DNA of 64,000 bases, from positions 95,232,001 through 95,296,000 of the forward strand of contig OX597818.1 of NCBI GenBank assembly GCA_951406725.2. Direction: 5' to 3'. Numbering within the stretch: the stretch's first letter is position 1; each line of letters starts with the position of its first letter. This DNA comes from Octopus vulgaris (Eukaryota). Shown here in pieces: positions 27,182 to 40,695 of this stretch. The notes beneath the pieces are model-generated. The model saw only the letters and a program-made list of their open reading frames with translations. It ran no database searches and was not told where the DNA came from. The position numbers and the translations under genes were made by a program.

Positions 27182-28954
27182 CTATACAGCTGATTCTCTG
27201 CCGTATGCATAGCTTACCACTGAGTAAAGAGAGGTCTGGGAGCCCAAGTTGGAATTGAAGTCTTTCTGAGAGTAAGGAGGAGTTTCTTGGGTTAAACTGG
27301 ACGGGTTCTGAACCATTGAGTTAAAATAGTTCCTAACATTGAAACTTCGGTCTGACTCATTCAAGGACCCAATATCGAGATCCTGAAATGCTCTTCGTTT
27401 CTCAGATTTTTCCAAATGACTGCTATCTTCTGCAGATCGGTTGCACAGCCAATTTGGGCCATTTTTTTTACAAACACACTTCCAGAGAACTATTAAAGCC
27501 ATGAAAACAACAACTGCAAAAATACTGCAACTTATTGCAATGATTAATACCGTATTAGAATCTGGTTTGTTCTTCAACTCGACATCACACTTGGAAATCT
27601 CTTCATCTGTAAGCTGTTTAATGCGGCGCTCATGTAGACCTAATGGAATCTCACACTGAAGAAAATCACACCCATCAGATTGGTACTGATTTGAGCACTG
27701 TAACGTTCGAGAATATGTTGGATTCTGTAACCAGTTACGGAATCCTCTTATATGACAGTCACACACCCAAGAGTTCCTATCAACTTTTATCCATTTTAAA
27801 TTGGAAAATATACGCAAAGTTGATTCTGGGATATTTTTGAGATTATTAGCAGAAAGATCTAATTTCTGAAGGCTTCTGGGTCCTTCAAATTGGTTCAAAC
27901 TGTTTATTGAACAGTCAGAGAGATTCAGTTCTCGCAACCGATATAACTCTGTAAAAGCATTAACTGGAAGTTTTTGGAGAGGATTTCCAGATAAGCTTAA
28001 ATATTCAAGCTGGGGTGCCATTGGATGCAAAGAGCCACTGTCTAAATGGTCAATTGAGTTCAGTGATAAATCTAAATGTTTAGTGTTGAAGTATTTAAAA
28101 GTCTCATCAAAGATCTGTCGAAGATTATTCCGAGACAAGTTCAAAGTATCAAGGTTGATACCAGAAAACTGGTTCTCTTCTAGTTTATAAATGGTATTAT
28201 TGTACAAAGAAAGAGTCCTCAAATTTGGAAGACTGCGAAGGATATTCAGCATGAGAGGTTTGGTCAGTCCGTTACTTGACAAGTCCAAGCTTATTAAATT
28301 ACGAGTAATTGTGAACAGATCCGTTGCTATTGAAAACAACTGACAGTTACTAAGTGATAAATGCAGCAAACTGCGCAACCACTGAAAACTGTAGCTGTAA
28401 ATATTCTGCATGTTATTCCCATCAAGGATCAAAGTGTTCAGCTTACCTTGAGACTTAAAAATACCACTCGGGAGAGAATAAACCCGGTTCCACGACAAGT
28501 CAAGAAACTCTAATTTATGTAAGGTGTAAAAAATATCATCAATATTTGCAATCAAGTTGTGAGACAGATCTAAATGAATTAGGTTCGAGAGTCCTTCAAA
28601 GGCTTTGATGTCTACATTGGTGATATCATTGTGTGTCAACGAAAGATACTGTAAGTTCACCATGCCTTGGAATGTTGTCTCAGAAAGTTGAGAAATGTAA
28701 TACTTTGTTACAGTTAAGTTATTGAGTTGACTGAAGGATTCAGTACGAGAAAAGCTTTGCTTCAGATCACCACGCATCTTACTGCCCTGTAGTGTCAGCT
28801 GCTGTGTAGATTTCGGCACTTTTGCAACTGTGTTTTGTAATGACCCACTCTGGCACACCACCACAGTGCCAGAGCAGCTGCAGGAAGTGGGACAGCCATT
28901 TGTATATGTCAGAAACACAATGAAGAATAAATAGTATGATAGAGATTTGATCAT
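27182..28954 (-). CDS. Leucine-rich-repeat single-pass transmembrane protein (signal peptide, LRRNT, about 13-14 LRRs, LRRCT, TM helix, cytoplasmic tail), about 590 aa
   Basis: Long intact ORF. The likely start is the ATG at 28954 (MIKSLSYYLFFIVFLTYTNG signal peptide); the track's TTG start at 28981 lies upstream of a polypyrimidine/CAG acceptor (exon begins 28965). LRRNT CPTSCSCSGTVVVC, repeated LxxLxLSxNxI/L, LRRCT NSWVCDC, TM VLIIAISCSIFAVVVFMALIVLW, C-terminus ESAV. Confidence 0.93.
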   Translation of the reverse strand: MIKSLSYYLFFIVFLTYTNGCPTSCSCSGTVVVCQSGSLQNTVAKVPKSTQQLTLQGSKMRGDLKQSFSRTESFSQLNNLTVTKYYISQLSETTFQGMVNLQYLSLTHNDITNVDIKAFEGLSNLIHLDLSHNLIANIDDIFYTLHKLEFLDLSWNRVYSLPSGIFKSQGKLNTLILDGNNMQNIYSYSFQWLRSLLHLSLSNCQLFSIATDLFTITRNLISLDLSSNGLTKPLMLNILRSLPNLRTLSLYNNTIYKLEENQFSGINLDTLNLSRNNLRQIFDETFKYFNTKHLDLSLNSIDHLDSGSLHPMAPQLEYLSLSGNPLQKLPVNAFTELYRLRELNLSDCSINSLNQFEGPRSLQKLDLSANNLKNIPESTLRIFSNLKWIKVDRNSWVCDCHIRGFRNWLQNPTYSRTLQCSNQYQSDGCDFLQCEIPLGLHERRIKQLTDEEISKCDVELKNKPDSNTVLIIAISCSIFAVVVFMALIVLWKCVCKKNGPNWLCNRSAEDSSHLEKSEKRRAFQDLDIGSLNESDRSFNVRNYFNSMVQNPSSLTQETPPYSQKDFNSNLGSQTSLYSVVSYAYGRESAV

Positions 28955-31674
28955 CACCCAAGTTTCTGGAAAATAAAACAAAAAACAGTATTAAGACCTG
29001 AATTTATTATTTTTTATTATAAATCTATTATATTAATTAATAAATTAGTTCTTAACAGTGGCTATTAATAAATGATTACAGATTACCATTTATGTGTAAA
29101 TACTATAAGAGTTTCACATATGTAATACAATGACTTGAAAACCAGATTATCAAAGTAATTAGTAGATAAAATCTCCTCGAAGATGTGCTTAAAATCTAAA
29201 AATCAAAAGCTCAGCAAACAAGGGAAATAACTGCAGGAAGATCAGTTGATTGCTATGTTTCAACAGAGTTGGCAAGAGAGACTTAACTGGATTTTGGCTT
29301 TTGAAACAAATTAACAGAAGTAACAGACATGTTTTTGATCTTATTAGATCTTGCTCTGCTGAAGACGTCTTTGACCAGTTAGCTTTAATGGTCAGTTCCA
29401 CTCTAGACAGTATTATCTATCATTGTCAAGAAGACATAGAAAGGAGATGATTATTAGGCAGAGGAAGATAATGAGAAATGGAAGTGATTTTGGGCAGGGA
29501 AGAAAGGTTACTGAGAAAGCCAGTGGGTGGGGGGATGTAGTATGTACTTATTCTGTTCTCAGATGATAAAAAAGTGATGAGTGTTAAGAGATGAAACATG
29601 GGGTGAAAAGGCTGATGGGGCAGAGAGGATGGAGTTGGGGTAGAGCCCATCTCAGATAAGCATTATCAAGGTAGTTTTAGGATATCAATTCTGCTGTGGT
29701 AAGTGAATCTACTTGAGTACAAAAAAGTGCCAAATATCTCAGTCCTTTGTCATCTCTTTCGTAAGACTCAGCAACTTGAGATTGGCCTTCAATACGTCAC
29801 GTGCACACACACATATATAAACAGAGAGGAAGAGAGGGGGAAGTCAGAGAGAGGATATGCTAGAAGAGTCTTAATTTATGGAAAAGAAATTGGGGAAGGA
29901 GAATGTTAAAAAATATGTGCCTACCATAATTCACTGGGTCCCATACGTCCTACATAACAATTGAGTCTCAATATTGTTTATCTACTTAGTGATTCTTGCA
30001 TCATTATTCTGACTTGCACAGTGAAGTCTATGCTTTGCTGAGAAGGTCTAATAAAATTAAAACAAATCAAGAGTTGTGCCCCATACTTGCTTAGTAATTA
30101 AAACATTTGTTACTGAGTTAATGTTGATTTTTTTTTCTCACCACATAAGTATTCTAATTGGATTGTTGATGCTACATTTACTTATGAATTAGCAATTGTT
30201 TTTCAAACAGAAATACAAGCATGGCTGTGTGTTCAAGCAGTTTGCTTTCCAATCGTGTGGGAAAATACTAGCGTCTAACATTATTATCATCATTCTTGCA
30301 TGAGTTAGACAGAATTTCTTGACACAGGTTTTGTAAGGCTGGATGCTCTTCCTATTGTCAACCCTCACCAGTTTCTAAGCAAAGTAATATTTACCCCTGA
30401 TCAGACATGTTTTCATGGAAGATAGAAAACAAATGATGTACATTTACAACCACCATGATATGCTGCAAGGAGAAACACACATGTACAAACACATTATATG
30501 TGTTTGTTTGTGTATATGGTTGTGTGTGTGTGTGTGGAAGAGTATGGGCTTAGTGGTTAGGATGTTGCACTCATGATCATAAGATTATGGTTTTGATTCC
30601 TGAACCAAGCAATGCATTCTGTTTGTGAGCAAAACATTTCATTGCATGTTGCTCCAATCTACTCAGCTGCCAAAAATGAGCAATCCTGTGACAGTCTGGC
30701 ATCCCATCCCGGAGGAATATATATGCCACAGAATCCGGAAAATCACCCTTATGAGCTTATGGCTTGGGAAAGATCTTGGATTCTTTTTTGTTTTGTTTCT
30801 TTGTCATTTTGATACATACACTCACATGTGTACGTATATATATATATGAAGGGCTTCTTTCAGTTTCTTTGGTCCAACTAAAGCTGTAGTAGAAGACACT
30901 TGCCAAGGTTCCGTTCAATAGGACCGACCGAACCTGAAACTACATGCTTAGAAAGGAAGGTCTTAACCACTGTCATACAGTTATAAGTTATTTCTTGTAC
31001 ACAAATACATACAACTGTGCTGACCTCATACAAACGTATAACTATGTAGAGACAAAAGTTGTAAACAAACAATGGATAGCAGAGCCAATTAATATGTTTG
31101 TGTGTGTGTGTGCATGCATGCGTGAGATATTTATTAATAAATGACATCAGTGACACACCCAGATTGAACTTGGAGGCTTTGGACTAGGAAGGACTAGCTC
31201 CACAAGACAACAACCAAACTATTTACCACCTGTAGTTTTATTTATGTCAACAACAACAACAACAACAACATAGTTTTAATATTTTATCTTTCAATATCTG
31301 GATATCAGATATGGATACAGGTGGTAGTAATCGGGTTAGCTTACATAACCTATTGAGGTGTGTATGTGCATGGAGGTAGGGCAATGGACTGACCTTATAT
31401 ACATACACACATAACCACTAATAAATGTTAATATTTTGAGCATCATCATAAAAATCATCATTGAATTAAAAATGGCAAACGCAAATATTTTGTAATTTCC
31501 TAGGGGTATTTTGCCCATTGCTATGTTCTGAGTTCAAATTCTGCTGAGGTCGAGTTTGCCTTTCCTCCTTTCGGGGTCCATAAATTAAGTACCAGTTGTG
31601 TACTGGGGTCGATCTAAACAACTGACCCCCCCCACTCCCAAAAAATTTCAGGCCTTGTGTCTAGAGTAGAAAAG

Positions 31675-31712
<38 letters not shown>

Positions 31713-31924
31713 GGCGGTGAGCTGGTAGAATCATTAGTACACCAAGCAAAATGTTTAGCAGCATTTCACCCATCACTATGTTCTGAGTTCAAATTCTGCC
31801 ATGGTCAGCTTTGCCTTTCATTCTTTTGAGGTTGATTAAATAACTACCAGTGGAATACTGGGGTTAATGTAATTGTCTAACCCTCTCCCTCAAATTTCAG
31901 GCCTTGTGCCTATAGTAGAAAGGA

Positions 31925-32724
31925 TTTGCTTTGAATTTGTACAAGTTGACTCCAAGTCTCACCCAGAGATCTCAAGAGACAACAAGTTAGAAGTTCAAGT
32001 TGGAATTATGCCTAGGGTGTCATATATTTGATTTTGCACATAGTATTGTTCTAGAGAATGTTTAAGAAAACAAGAAAATTATAAGTTTGTTTTAAAATTT
32101 GAGATTACATAGACAGTATTTTATGTAGGATATAAGCAGTCCCCATGAGCACTATCTTTTGAATTTCTGCATTTTTGGGGTTTCCTGGTGTCTGAGCTAG
32201 GTAGGAATCAGCCCCTTTCCAAATTCTATTTTAAGATCTTTATACTTGCTCAGTTTTTGATAGGTCTTGGCAGATACATTTGTGTCAATTGGGACAGTCA
32301 TATCAATGAGGAGGCATGATTTTTGTCTGAAGTCTTTCAATATAACGTCTGGCCTATTTGCATCTATCTTTCTGTCAGTTTGAATGTGATCATTTTTAAG
32401 CACTGGAGGTGGTTTGTGTTCTCACCAGCTTTTATCATGGAGCTGGTCCAGATTTTTGCAAATTACCTGGTGAATATACTGTGCTGCTCTATCATGCCTG
32501 TTGAGATACTCTGTAGGCACAAGAAAATTGCACATGGAGACAACATGATCAGTGGTTCCATTCTGTTGTTTACATATACGACATGTTGGGCTACTGCCAT
32601 TCTTTAAAATATTGGTCTGGTAGTTCCTTATAGGTAGGCATTGATCTAGGGCTGCTATGATAAACCCTTCTGTTTCTGATTTTAAACCATAAGACACTAA
32701 CCATTAATGGGTAACAGCTTTGTC
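31925..32724 (-). mobile_element. R4/Dong-type non-LTR element, CCHC plus restriction-like endonuclease end
   Basis: LKSETEGFIIAALDQ, CRICKQQNGTTDHVVSMC, RHD, NRPDVIL..LIDMTVP..KLSKY; abuts (TTA)n at 32725. Confidence 0.88.
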
Positions 32725-33503
32725 ATTATTATTATTATTATTTTTATTATTATTATTATTTCGGACCATACTTTCAATTCTATAGATAAAACAACATGAC
32801 TCAGTCTCACTGGACCATATACAACTGACATGATTCAGTGAGTAAAAAACCAACAAACACGTTAACTGGAGATAAAACGGGTTTATGTGGGTGTATATAA
32901 CGTCATTACTTCAAATATAATATGATTGTGCCAGTGAGAAAATCACCTAATAAAGTTCACCTGAGTATGAACATAAAGAAATGTGTGCAGTCAAATCTAC
33001 TGCGTGAAACTATTAACAATGCAAACTTTTGTGTTAAGAAATTTACTTCTCAACCATATGGTTTCAGGTTTAGTCTCACTGTGTGACGCCTGGGCTAAGT
33101 ATCTTCTGTTATAGTTCTAAGATAACCAAAGCTTTGAAAGTGGATTTGTTACACAGAAACCGAATGTCCTTCATGTATACGTATGAGTGTGTGTGTGTAT
33201 GTACTCAGCTCAGCATTGTTTAATAGTTGCAAGCAAGTGTCATAATAATACAAGTAAGTAGTGTCATTTGTTCCCGGTCTTTCATGAAAAATATGTCTGG
33301 TGATGAGGGAATATAACTTTACTTGGAAACACATAAATGTTGGCTACAAGAAGAGCATTCAACCACAGAAAAATCAGCCTTAACAAATTCTACCTGACCC
33401 ATGCGAGCATAGGAAAGTGGATATTAAAGTAATGATGACAATGATGATGATGATGATGATGGTGATGATGATTCTTTTAATTATTTAAGTATTTGATGAT
33501 GTG

Positions 33504-33805
33504 TGGAGGCGCAATGGCCCATTGGTTAGGGCAGCAGACTCATGGTGAGAGGATCTCGGTTTCGATTCTCAGACTGGGCATTGTGTGTGTTTATTGAGCA
33601 AAAACACCTAAAGCTCCACTAGGCTCCAGCAGGGGTTGGTGGCAATCCCAGTTGTATTCTTTCACCCTTTCTTCCTGTTTCCTGGGTAACGCTGCGATGG
33701 ACTGGTGTCCCGTCCAGCTGGGGGGGGGGGTCACATACGCCACAGAAACTGGAAAACCGGGCCCATGAGCTTGGCTAGGCTTGAAAAGGGCACATAAATA
33801 AATAA
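33504..33805 (+). mobile_element. tRNA-derived SINE family C
   Basis: GGAGGCGCAATGGCCCA.TGGTTAG (box A) and GGTTTCGATTC (box B); copies at 6660-6842(-) and 21445-21722(-). Confidence 0.75.
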
Positions 33806-34673
33806 AAATTTGATAATGCCACCAAGTTAAGTCCAAGTGAGCTGTGACTCAGTAGACCTATGATCTGAGGGTTAGCATAATTTTTTTTTTTGTCTTTTTA
33901 AGTACAGAATGTATATCTAGAACTACATTATCTAGTGTCACCATATCATTCTAAAACAGTAGTTGATGCCAGCATGCAGACCACTAGGTTACAATTGTGA
34001 AAATATAATCACGTTTGGCTATGTGTGTGTCTACTTAAATATAATAGAAGACACTACTAGCTTGTTAGTGGTGAAGATATATCAACATTTGGGCGTGTCT
34101 GACTGTGTGCATTAATAATAGTTAGAATAAAGGAAACAAAAGAAAGTTTTTATAATGTAATTTTACAGGTTATTATTATCAGGTAACTTGGTATTGGAAA
34201 GGTAGACAACAAAAAATTACGTAACATACAAGAACATTTGAATTAATTAATTATACATTATAATTATTATAAATTTAAAATTACTTGAGAACAAAGCTAG
34301 AAATATTTGTTTATAGTTAATTAACAATCTTAAGTATTATACAACATTTAAATGTATAAAGGATAGCATCACAAGATAGTTGGTATATTAACACATGACA
34401 CATCAGACATAGGTAAAAATGTCAGTTTCTCATATAAAAGACATAAATGACCTCATGTTAAATGAAGAGTGGGTGTGTTCCAGTAACAATAAAAAAGTAG
34501 TGGCATTGTAATGTCAATGTTACCTAATATACCAAGGAGATAAGTAGTTCCAGGGCTTGGCCCCAATATCAGTGTTAATTAGATAAGAAATATCAAATTA
34601 TCACTCTGCATAGGATGTCAGTGTATCTTTAGTGGACGATCCAAGAAGGCTTACATGGGCTACAAGCACAAAT

Positions 34674-35275
34674 TCTTACTGTAATGGGCGTTATGTCTGT
34701 CTGTCTGTTCCCACTTCATGGTCAAACGGCTGGACTGTTTGACCGATATTTTTCAGGATTATGCAGGAGATAATCAGAAAGGTTTTTAGTGGAAAAACTG
34801 TGAAAAAATATGATTATTTAGTGGATACTGAGTTTTGTATTAATAAATCACCTTTAATTTTTCTTTTTTTTGGTTAAAATTCCTGAGACAAGGATTAACT
34901 CTGGATTCCCCACCCCCATATAGATTTGCAATACTATCCCTTTATTTCCCATCGTAGCGGGAAGATTTGCTATCTTACTATAATGGGTGTCATGTCCATC
35001 TGTCTGTCTCTTTGTCTGTTCCCTCTTCATGCACAGCTAGACAGCTGGACCAATGGTTACAATATTTTTCAGGATAACAAAGGCGGTTGCCAGAAAGGTT
35101 TTTAGCATGAAAAAATCAGGAAGTACGATTATTGCGTGAATATCAATTTTTGAATTGATAAACCACCTTTGCATTTTTATTAAAAATCCACCGACCACAA
35201 GTAACTCTGGATTTTCATTGTATAGTTCGTGGCTCCATCGTTGATACGAAGGGATTCGCAAGGACAGTTAATAGT
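34674..35275 (+). mobile_element. Two tandem ~300-bp Helitron-type units
   Basis: Both begin TCTTACT(G/A)TAATGGG..(TCTG)n (34674, 34973) and align along their length; the first ends CCCATCGTAGCGGG..GCTA. Confidence 0.65.
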
Positions 35276-35511
35276 GAAAATAAAATGGAAAAAGTGTGTG
35301 TCAGTATATAGTGCATGTGATTATTTAGTGGTTATTGAAGAGTGTCAGTCCTGAGCAGGATTTGAAATGGCTAATCGAAGCAGCTGTTGTTTACATCTCA
35401 GTTTTGTCAGTCAAAATAACCCATGGCACCAGAACATCCAAACATTATTCACATAGAACAGGGAGAGGTAAGTCTTAGTTTGATTTTTGCAACCCTAAAG
35501 ATTCCACTCGT

Positions 35512-35688
35512 GCATTCACAGCAAACAAGGCACAGGGCCAGACTTTAAATCATGTAGGTGTATTTTTACTCACTCTGATGTTTACACACAGCCAGTTACA
35601 CATTGCTATGAGTAGAGCAACAGACTCCAGTAATTTGAAAATTAGTGTTGACCAAACAGAAAATATCATCTACAAAGAAGTTTTGTAA
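35512..35688 (+). pseudogene. Helitron RepHel (PIF1-like helicase) C-terminal fragment, below the ORF-track cutoff
   Basis: AFTANKAQGQTLNHVGVFLLTLMFTHSQLHIAMSRATDSSNLKISVDQTENIIYKEVL* matches helicase motifs V/VI (TINKSQGQTL, FSHGQLYVALSR) and the NIVYKEVL tail. Confidence 0.88.
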
Positions 35689-36411
35689 TCATAATGATAT
35701 TATTGAATGGAATTTGATTCATAATTTAAATAAAGAAATTTGTGAACTTTGAATGTATAAAAGTATAAACAAGTGTAAAATAATGTAAACAAATAAAATA
35801 AAAGTATATCTAAGTAAAATTTTTTCTTAAAACTTTTTATGTAGTGGTCAAAGGAAGCTCAAACTTTCGTTAGGAGTGGTCCACATAACCATTCATGATA
35901 CAGAGGCTGGGAGCCTATTTCAGTTCAGGAGTAAATCATCATCACATCACTTAGTCACGAACACGTCACATAGCTGCAATAGAATGCAGTACCACCAACA
36001 AAAATGTGATTTCTCTAAGACATCACCCAGTAATCCATTTACACATTTCTCAACACATACTGCTCCCTCTGTCATTTTATGCCTCTATCATAGATGGGTA
36101 GATTCTAGTAACAATAACAGATTTTAAATTTTAGAGCTGGAATGGCTGTGGACTTCATAATGACACACCAAAACCTTGCAATTCAACCCAGTAGTTTAGA
36201 GATGCTTCTGGAGTCATATAGACACATAGGATCAGTTTCCCAGTTTCCATGTCCACCACAGGATTACTCATTTTTGCCAGCTGAGTGAACTGGAGCAATG
36301 TGAAATGAAATGTTTTGCTCAAGAACACATGTTGCCTGGCCCAGGAATCAAAACCACAGTCCTATGATCATGAGTCCAACACCTCAGCTACTAAACCATG
36401 TGCCTCCACTA

Positions 36412-36450
<39 letters not shown>

Positions 36451-37364
36451 GACAGACAGACAGACAGATACACAGGCATGGCCCTGTGGAGAAGAAGCTC
36501 ACATTATAACCATATAGTTTAAGGATCAGTCCCACTGCATGGCACTTTGAGAAAGTACTGACCAATGCCTCGTGAGTGAATCTGGTAGATGGCAACTGTT
36601 AGAAGCTTGTTGTGTGGGTACATGCATATATATGATTACATGTGTTTGAGAGTGTGTTTGTGTCCCTTTGTCTTCTCATTTGTGTGTCTATTTCTGAAAG
36701 GAAAGTAGACTGATGTAGAATGAAATGTTTTGACTAGAGATATGATAACAGAACACCAGGAGTGGATTTGAACTCAATTAGTTGGTTGTCTAATACCTTA
36801 TCTATTCAGCTAATTAGTCTCCATTTTTATCTTTATGGCTTTGAGAGAGGTGTAGATGGAATCCAAACCTTGCTAATATTGCCTTTATCTTTCAACCCCC
36901 TAGAGCAGTGGTTCTCAACCATTTTTTACCTATGGACCCCTTTGATTGCAATTTTATTTTGGTGGACTCCATAGCTATTTGATGTTTAAAAACTAGTTTT
37001 ATAGATACTGCTTTCCAAATTCCTATTTTATTTTCCACACATTAACTTGATCTAGCTGTTTTTTCCATGAAACCTTAGAATACTACTGTGGATCTCTATT
37101 TTACTATCTTGCTTGCATGGACCCCCTCGGGTCATATGGATGCCAGTTGAGAACTACTACCCTAAAGTATAGAAAGTAACTACCAGTAATATATTGGGGT
37201 CAGTTTTGTTAATATCTTTGCAAACATTATTAATAGCATGTTAGATGTCAGAATTAATAGCAATGAACAAAAAGCCTTGTGATATATTCTGAGTTCATAT
37301 CCTGAACCCAAAACCATGTGGTTAGGAGGCAAATTTAACTATAGAGTCTCAAAAAAATCTAAAA

Positions 37365-37610
37365 AGAGTTGCTGAAGTATGGAACAAACTGCCAGCATCA
37401 GTTGTTAGTTGTCGGAGCACTGCATCCTTCAAAACTTCCATGCTTCCTGAGATTCGCCAACACTACACCTGATTTTTTCCCCTCCATACACACACAAGCA
37501 TGTATCTGACTCATACGCTGTTCACTTTCCAGACATTTGTACATTACTGCATATGCTTTATACACATTTTTGACAAGTTGTGGTGCACCTGAACACTGTA
37601 TACAATAATT

Positions 37611-37640
<30 letters not shown>
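37365..37640 (+). mobile_element. CR1/L2 family 3' end
   Basis: Matches 5080-5340 and ends in (ATT)n. Confidence 0.8.
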
Positions 37641-37641
<1 letters not shown>

Positions 37642-39281
37642 ACAGACACACAAAAAATTGTGATCTTCCAACATTCTGGAGTTGATCAAAGTACTGGGAC
37701 TGATTCCAATCGACTGCATTCCTTCCCTAAAATGTGAGGCTTCATTCATGTTTATATAAGAAATTATAATTACTCTGTCCCTATTATGGTACACTCTCTA
37801 ATACAGGGAGATAGTATTATAAAAAATCTTTCGTAGAAACATGATATCCTAAATTACATAAATAAGAAAGGCTTACTAAGAGGTTTGTAGATTTTTTTTT
37901 AAGTTACACATTTTACAGCCCTTAAAGGTTTGATTTCCAGATCTTTGATATTCTAAGCAATTACATCATGCAAGAGACATTTTAACCATCTAAAATCAGA
38001 AAAATTATTACATTAATCCCTTTCCATTTATTTCATGAAATGTCAAAATTCTTGTTGCACAATTTGATCTACTGACACATTCCACTGCAATTTTAGTCAC
38101 TTGTCAAACATGTACAACAACTGCAATTCCAATATTCTTTGAGAGTCTATGAGAATATAAGAAATCCTTTGATTTAATTTCATTGAATTTAACATTAAAA
38201 AAAATGCTGCTTTAGTTTGCACTGTTGACCACTGCATAGACTTGTTTATATGTAAACAAAATCATCACATGACAACTGTTATCCTGATAATAAAAGTTGA
38301 TTGTGTGTGTATGTGCGAAAGTACTCTTTTACTTGTTTCAGTCATTTGACTGTGGCCATGCTGGAGCAACGCCTTTAGTCGAGCAAATCAACCCCAGGAC
38401 TTATTCTTTGTAAGCCTAGTACTTATTCTATCAGTCTCTTTTGCCGAACTGCTAAGTTATAGGGGACGTAAACACACCAGCATCGGTTGTCAAGTGATGT
38501 TGGGGGGGACAAACACAGACACACAAACATATACACACTCATACATACATATATATATATATATATACACATATATATGACGGGCTTCTTTCAGTTTCCG
38601 CCTACCAAATCTACTCACAAGGCTTTGGTTGGTCTGAGACTATAGTACAAGACACTTGCCTAAGGTGCCATGCAGTGGGACTGAACCCAGAACCATGTGG
38701 TTCGTAAGCAAGCTACTTACCACACAGCCACTCCTATGCCTATGTAATAGACAATCTTATTTTCAATATTAATTGACACTAAAGTAATGCATGTCAACAG
38801 AAAAAGAGTACCAAAAGAGTTAAAAGAAATAGGCTGGATAAGTTGAGTGACCATAGTGGCTATATGACTTTTGTAAAGAAGTGAAAAGCATAAAAATATG
38901 AACAAGAAATAAAACAAAGCAAATGAAGGAAGTAAAATGCAAAGTGAAACTTAAATTTGATGCAAAAGAGTACTAGTGCCCTATGTGCATAAAAATTATA
39001 AACAAAGGGAAAAGCCACTAAGTATGGAAATGACTAATCATTTTTGAATTCTCTCAAATTTGTCCTGCCCGCCTACATTCAATGTACTAAAATAATAGTT
39101 TTTTCATGGTTTGGGATTTAACTCCCTTTTCTAGTGTGTTGGAAAACCACTTGGTGGTTTTTCCCTTCATGTATAATTTTTATACACACATATAATATAA
39201 TAATATTTGCAGTCTATGGACATTTTTACTCATGCAGGCCACTGGTAAAAATTAATATTTAATTTTTTACCCTATATTTAA

Positions 39282-39324
<43 letters not shown>

Positions 39325-39977
39325 TGTATGTATATGTGTGTGAAGGTTGCACTCATGATTGTAAGAATGTGGTTTCAATTCCAAGAGTGGCAGTGCATTG
39401 TGTTCTTGAGTAAAACAGTTCATTTCGCACTGCTCCAGTCCACTTAGCAGTAAATAGAACCCTGGAGGTATGTAGGCCTGCCTGCATGCATGCCCAGTCT
39501 GTAGAATGGCATCATTCAAAAGCTAAAACTATGCAAAGAATCACATTGTGACCAGTGGTGTGTAAGAACATCTGATAGTCTAGTTGATATAGTATAAATC
39601 ATCATCATCCTTTAAAGTCCATTTTCCATGCTGGCATGGGTTGGACAGGTTGACCAAAGATGGCAAGCTGAAGACTGCACCAGGTTCCAGTCTAATTTTG
39701 GCTTGGTTTCTACAACTAGATGCCCTTCCTAACACCAACCACTTTACCATGTGTGCTGGGTGCTTTTAACGTGACACTGGCATGAGCACTTTTATGTGGC
39801 ACTGGTGCAGGACATTGGCAGGTCAATCCTTGAAAATGTTTAACATTTTCTATCCAAAGAGTTTTTTAGCCTAATATTTACACTATTATTTAAAGCTTTA
39901 TCTTTCAAGTTCAACTATTAAAAATGAATTATCTCATATTGTCCCCATGTTTATAAATTCTTATGATGTAAACTATA

Positions 39978-40367
39978 TCTCTCTCTATATAAACGGCAGT
40001 TTGTCTGTGCGTGTTTCTGTGTGTCTGTTTTCTCGTACCCTCACTCTGACCACGGCTTTCAACCGATTCTGATGAAACTTGACACACACATAGCCCAATG
40101 TCATAATTCAAAACTAACGCAGCGAAAATTTTGAAAAGTTCCCCCAGTTCTGAAAAAAATCGATAAATTCGACATGGGGTCGAGAATCAGAAACCCAAAC
40201 CACAGACCGTCTAGGGGACGCAACTCCACCTTTTTTAACTCTCAAAAAAAAAAAATTTACCATCATTTTTTTCCCATTTTTTGGCTATTTTTTTGGCTAT
40301 AACTCTCTAAAAATGCTTTATAGTTATTTCCCTTACAAACCTGAGCAACGCCGGGCGATACTGCTAG
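39978..40367 (+). mobile_element. Non-autonomous Helitron
   Basis: A|TC 5' end, subterminal hairpin-like CCTGAGCAACGCCGGG, CTAG|T 3' end, no TSD, CpG retained. Confidence 0.85.
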
Positions 40368-40599
40368 TATTATATATATTGGAAAATTTGTGAAATCCTT
40401 GGTACAGTTAGGTATATTTGAAAAAGGAAAAGAATGATTTAATAGTGGTTCTAATCTTCATGGTTCTAATTTCCATGATAGATTTCACTGGTAGTTCTAT
40501 CAGTGAAATCATTCTTTTCCTTTTCCAAATATATATATTGATTGATCGCTAAATTCATAAGTTTCTTTATTTTCTCTCTCTGTTTATTTCCTTATATTC

Positions 40600-40637
40600 C
40601 TTTCTGTTGAAGAGCATAGGCTCGAAACATAAAAGAC
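40600..40637 (+). ncRNA. Degenerate ultra-minimal hammerhead-like motif in a TA-associated repeat
   Basis: cttt-CTGTTGA-a-GAGCatagGCTC-GAAAC-ATA-aaag. The core deviates from consensus (A6, G16.2). A more decayed copy of the same repeat lies on the minus strand at about 47915-48090. Confidence 0.4.
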
Positions 40638-40695
40638 TTTCACTTTCCCGAGCATCAAACAAATATACCTGTTTGTTATTCATACACTTTTGTTG

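Noticed and set aside
28955-28981. N-terminal extension MFYFPETWV from the ORF track
   Set aside because: The TTG start lies in the intron's polypyrimidine tract, upstream of the acceptor at 28965.
33504-33580. tRNA gene
   Set aside because: Box A/B are present, but it is a SINE head continuing into a repeated body with no intact cloverleaf.
40060-40085. CTGATGAAAC as a hammerhead
   Set aside because: No stem II between the boxes; it is the usual CCGATT..ATGAAACTT core of Helitron-type repeats.
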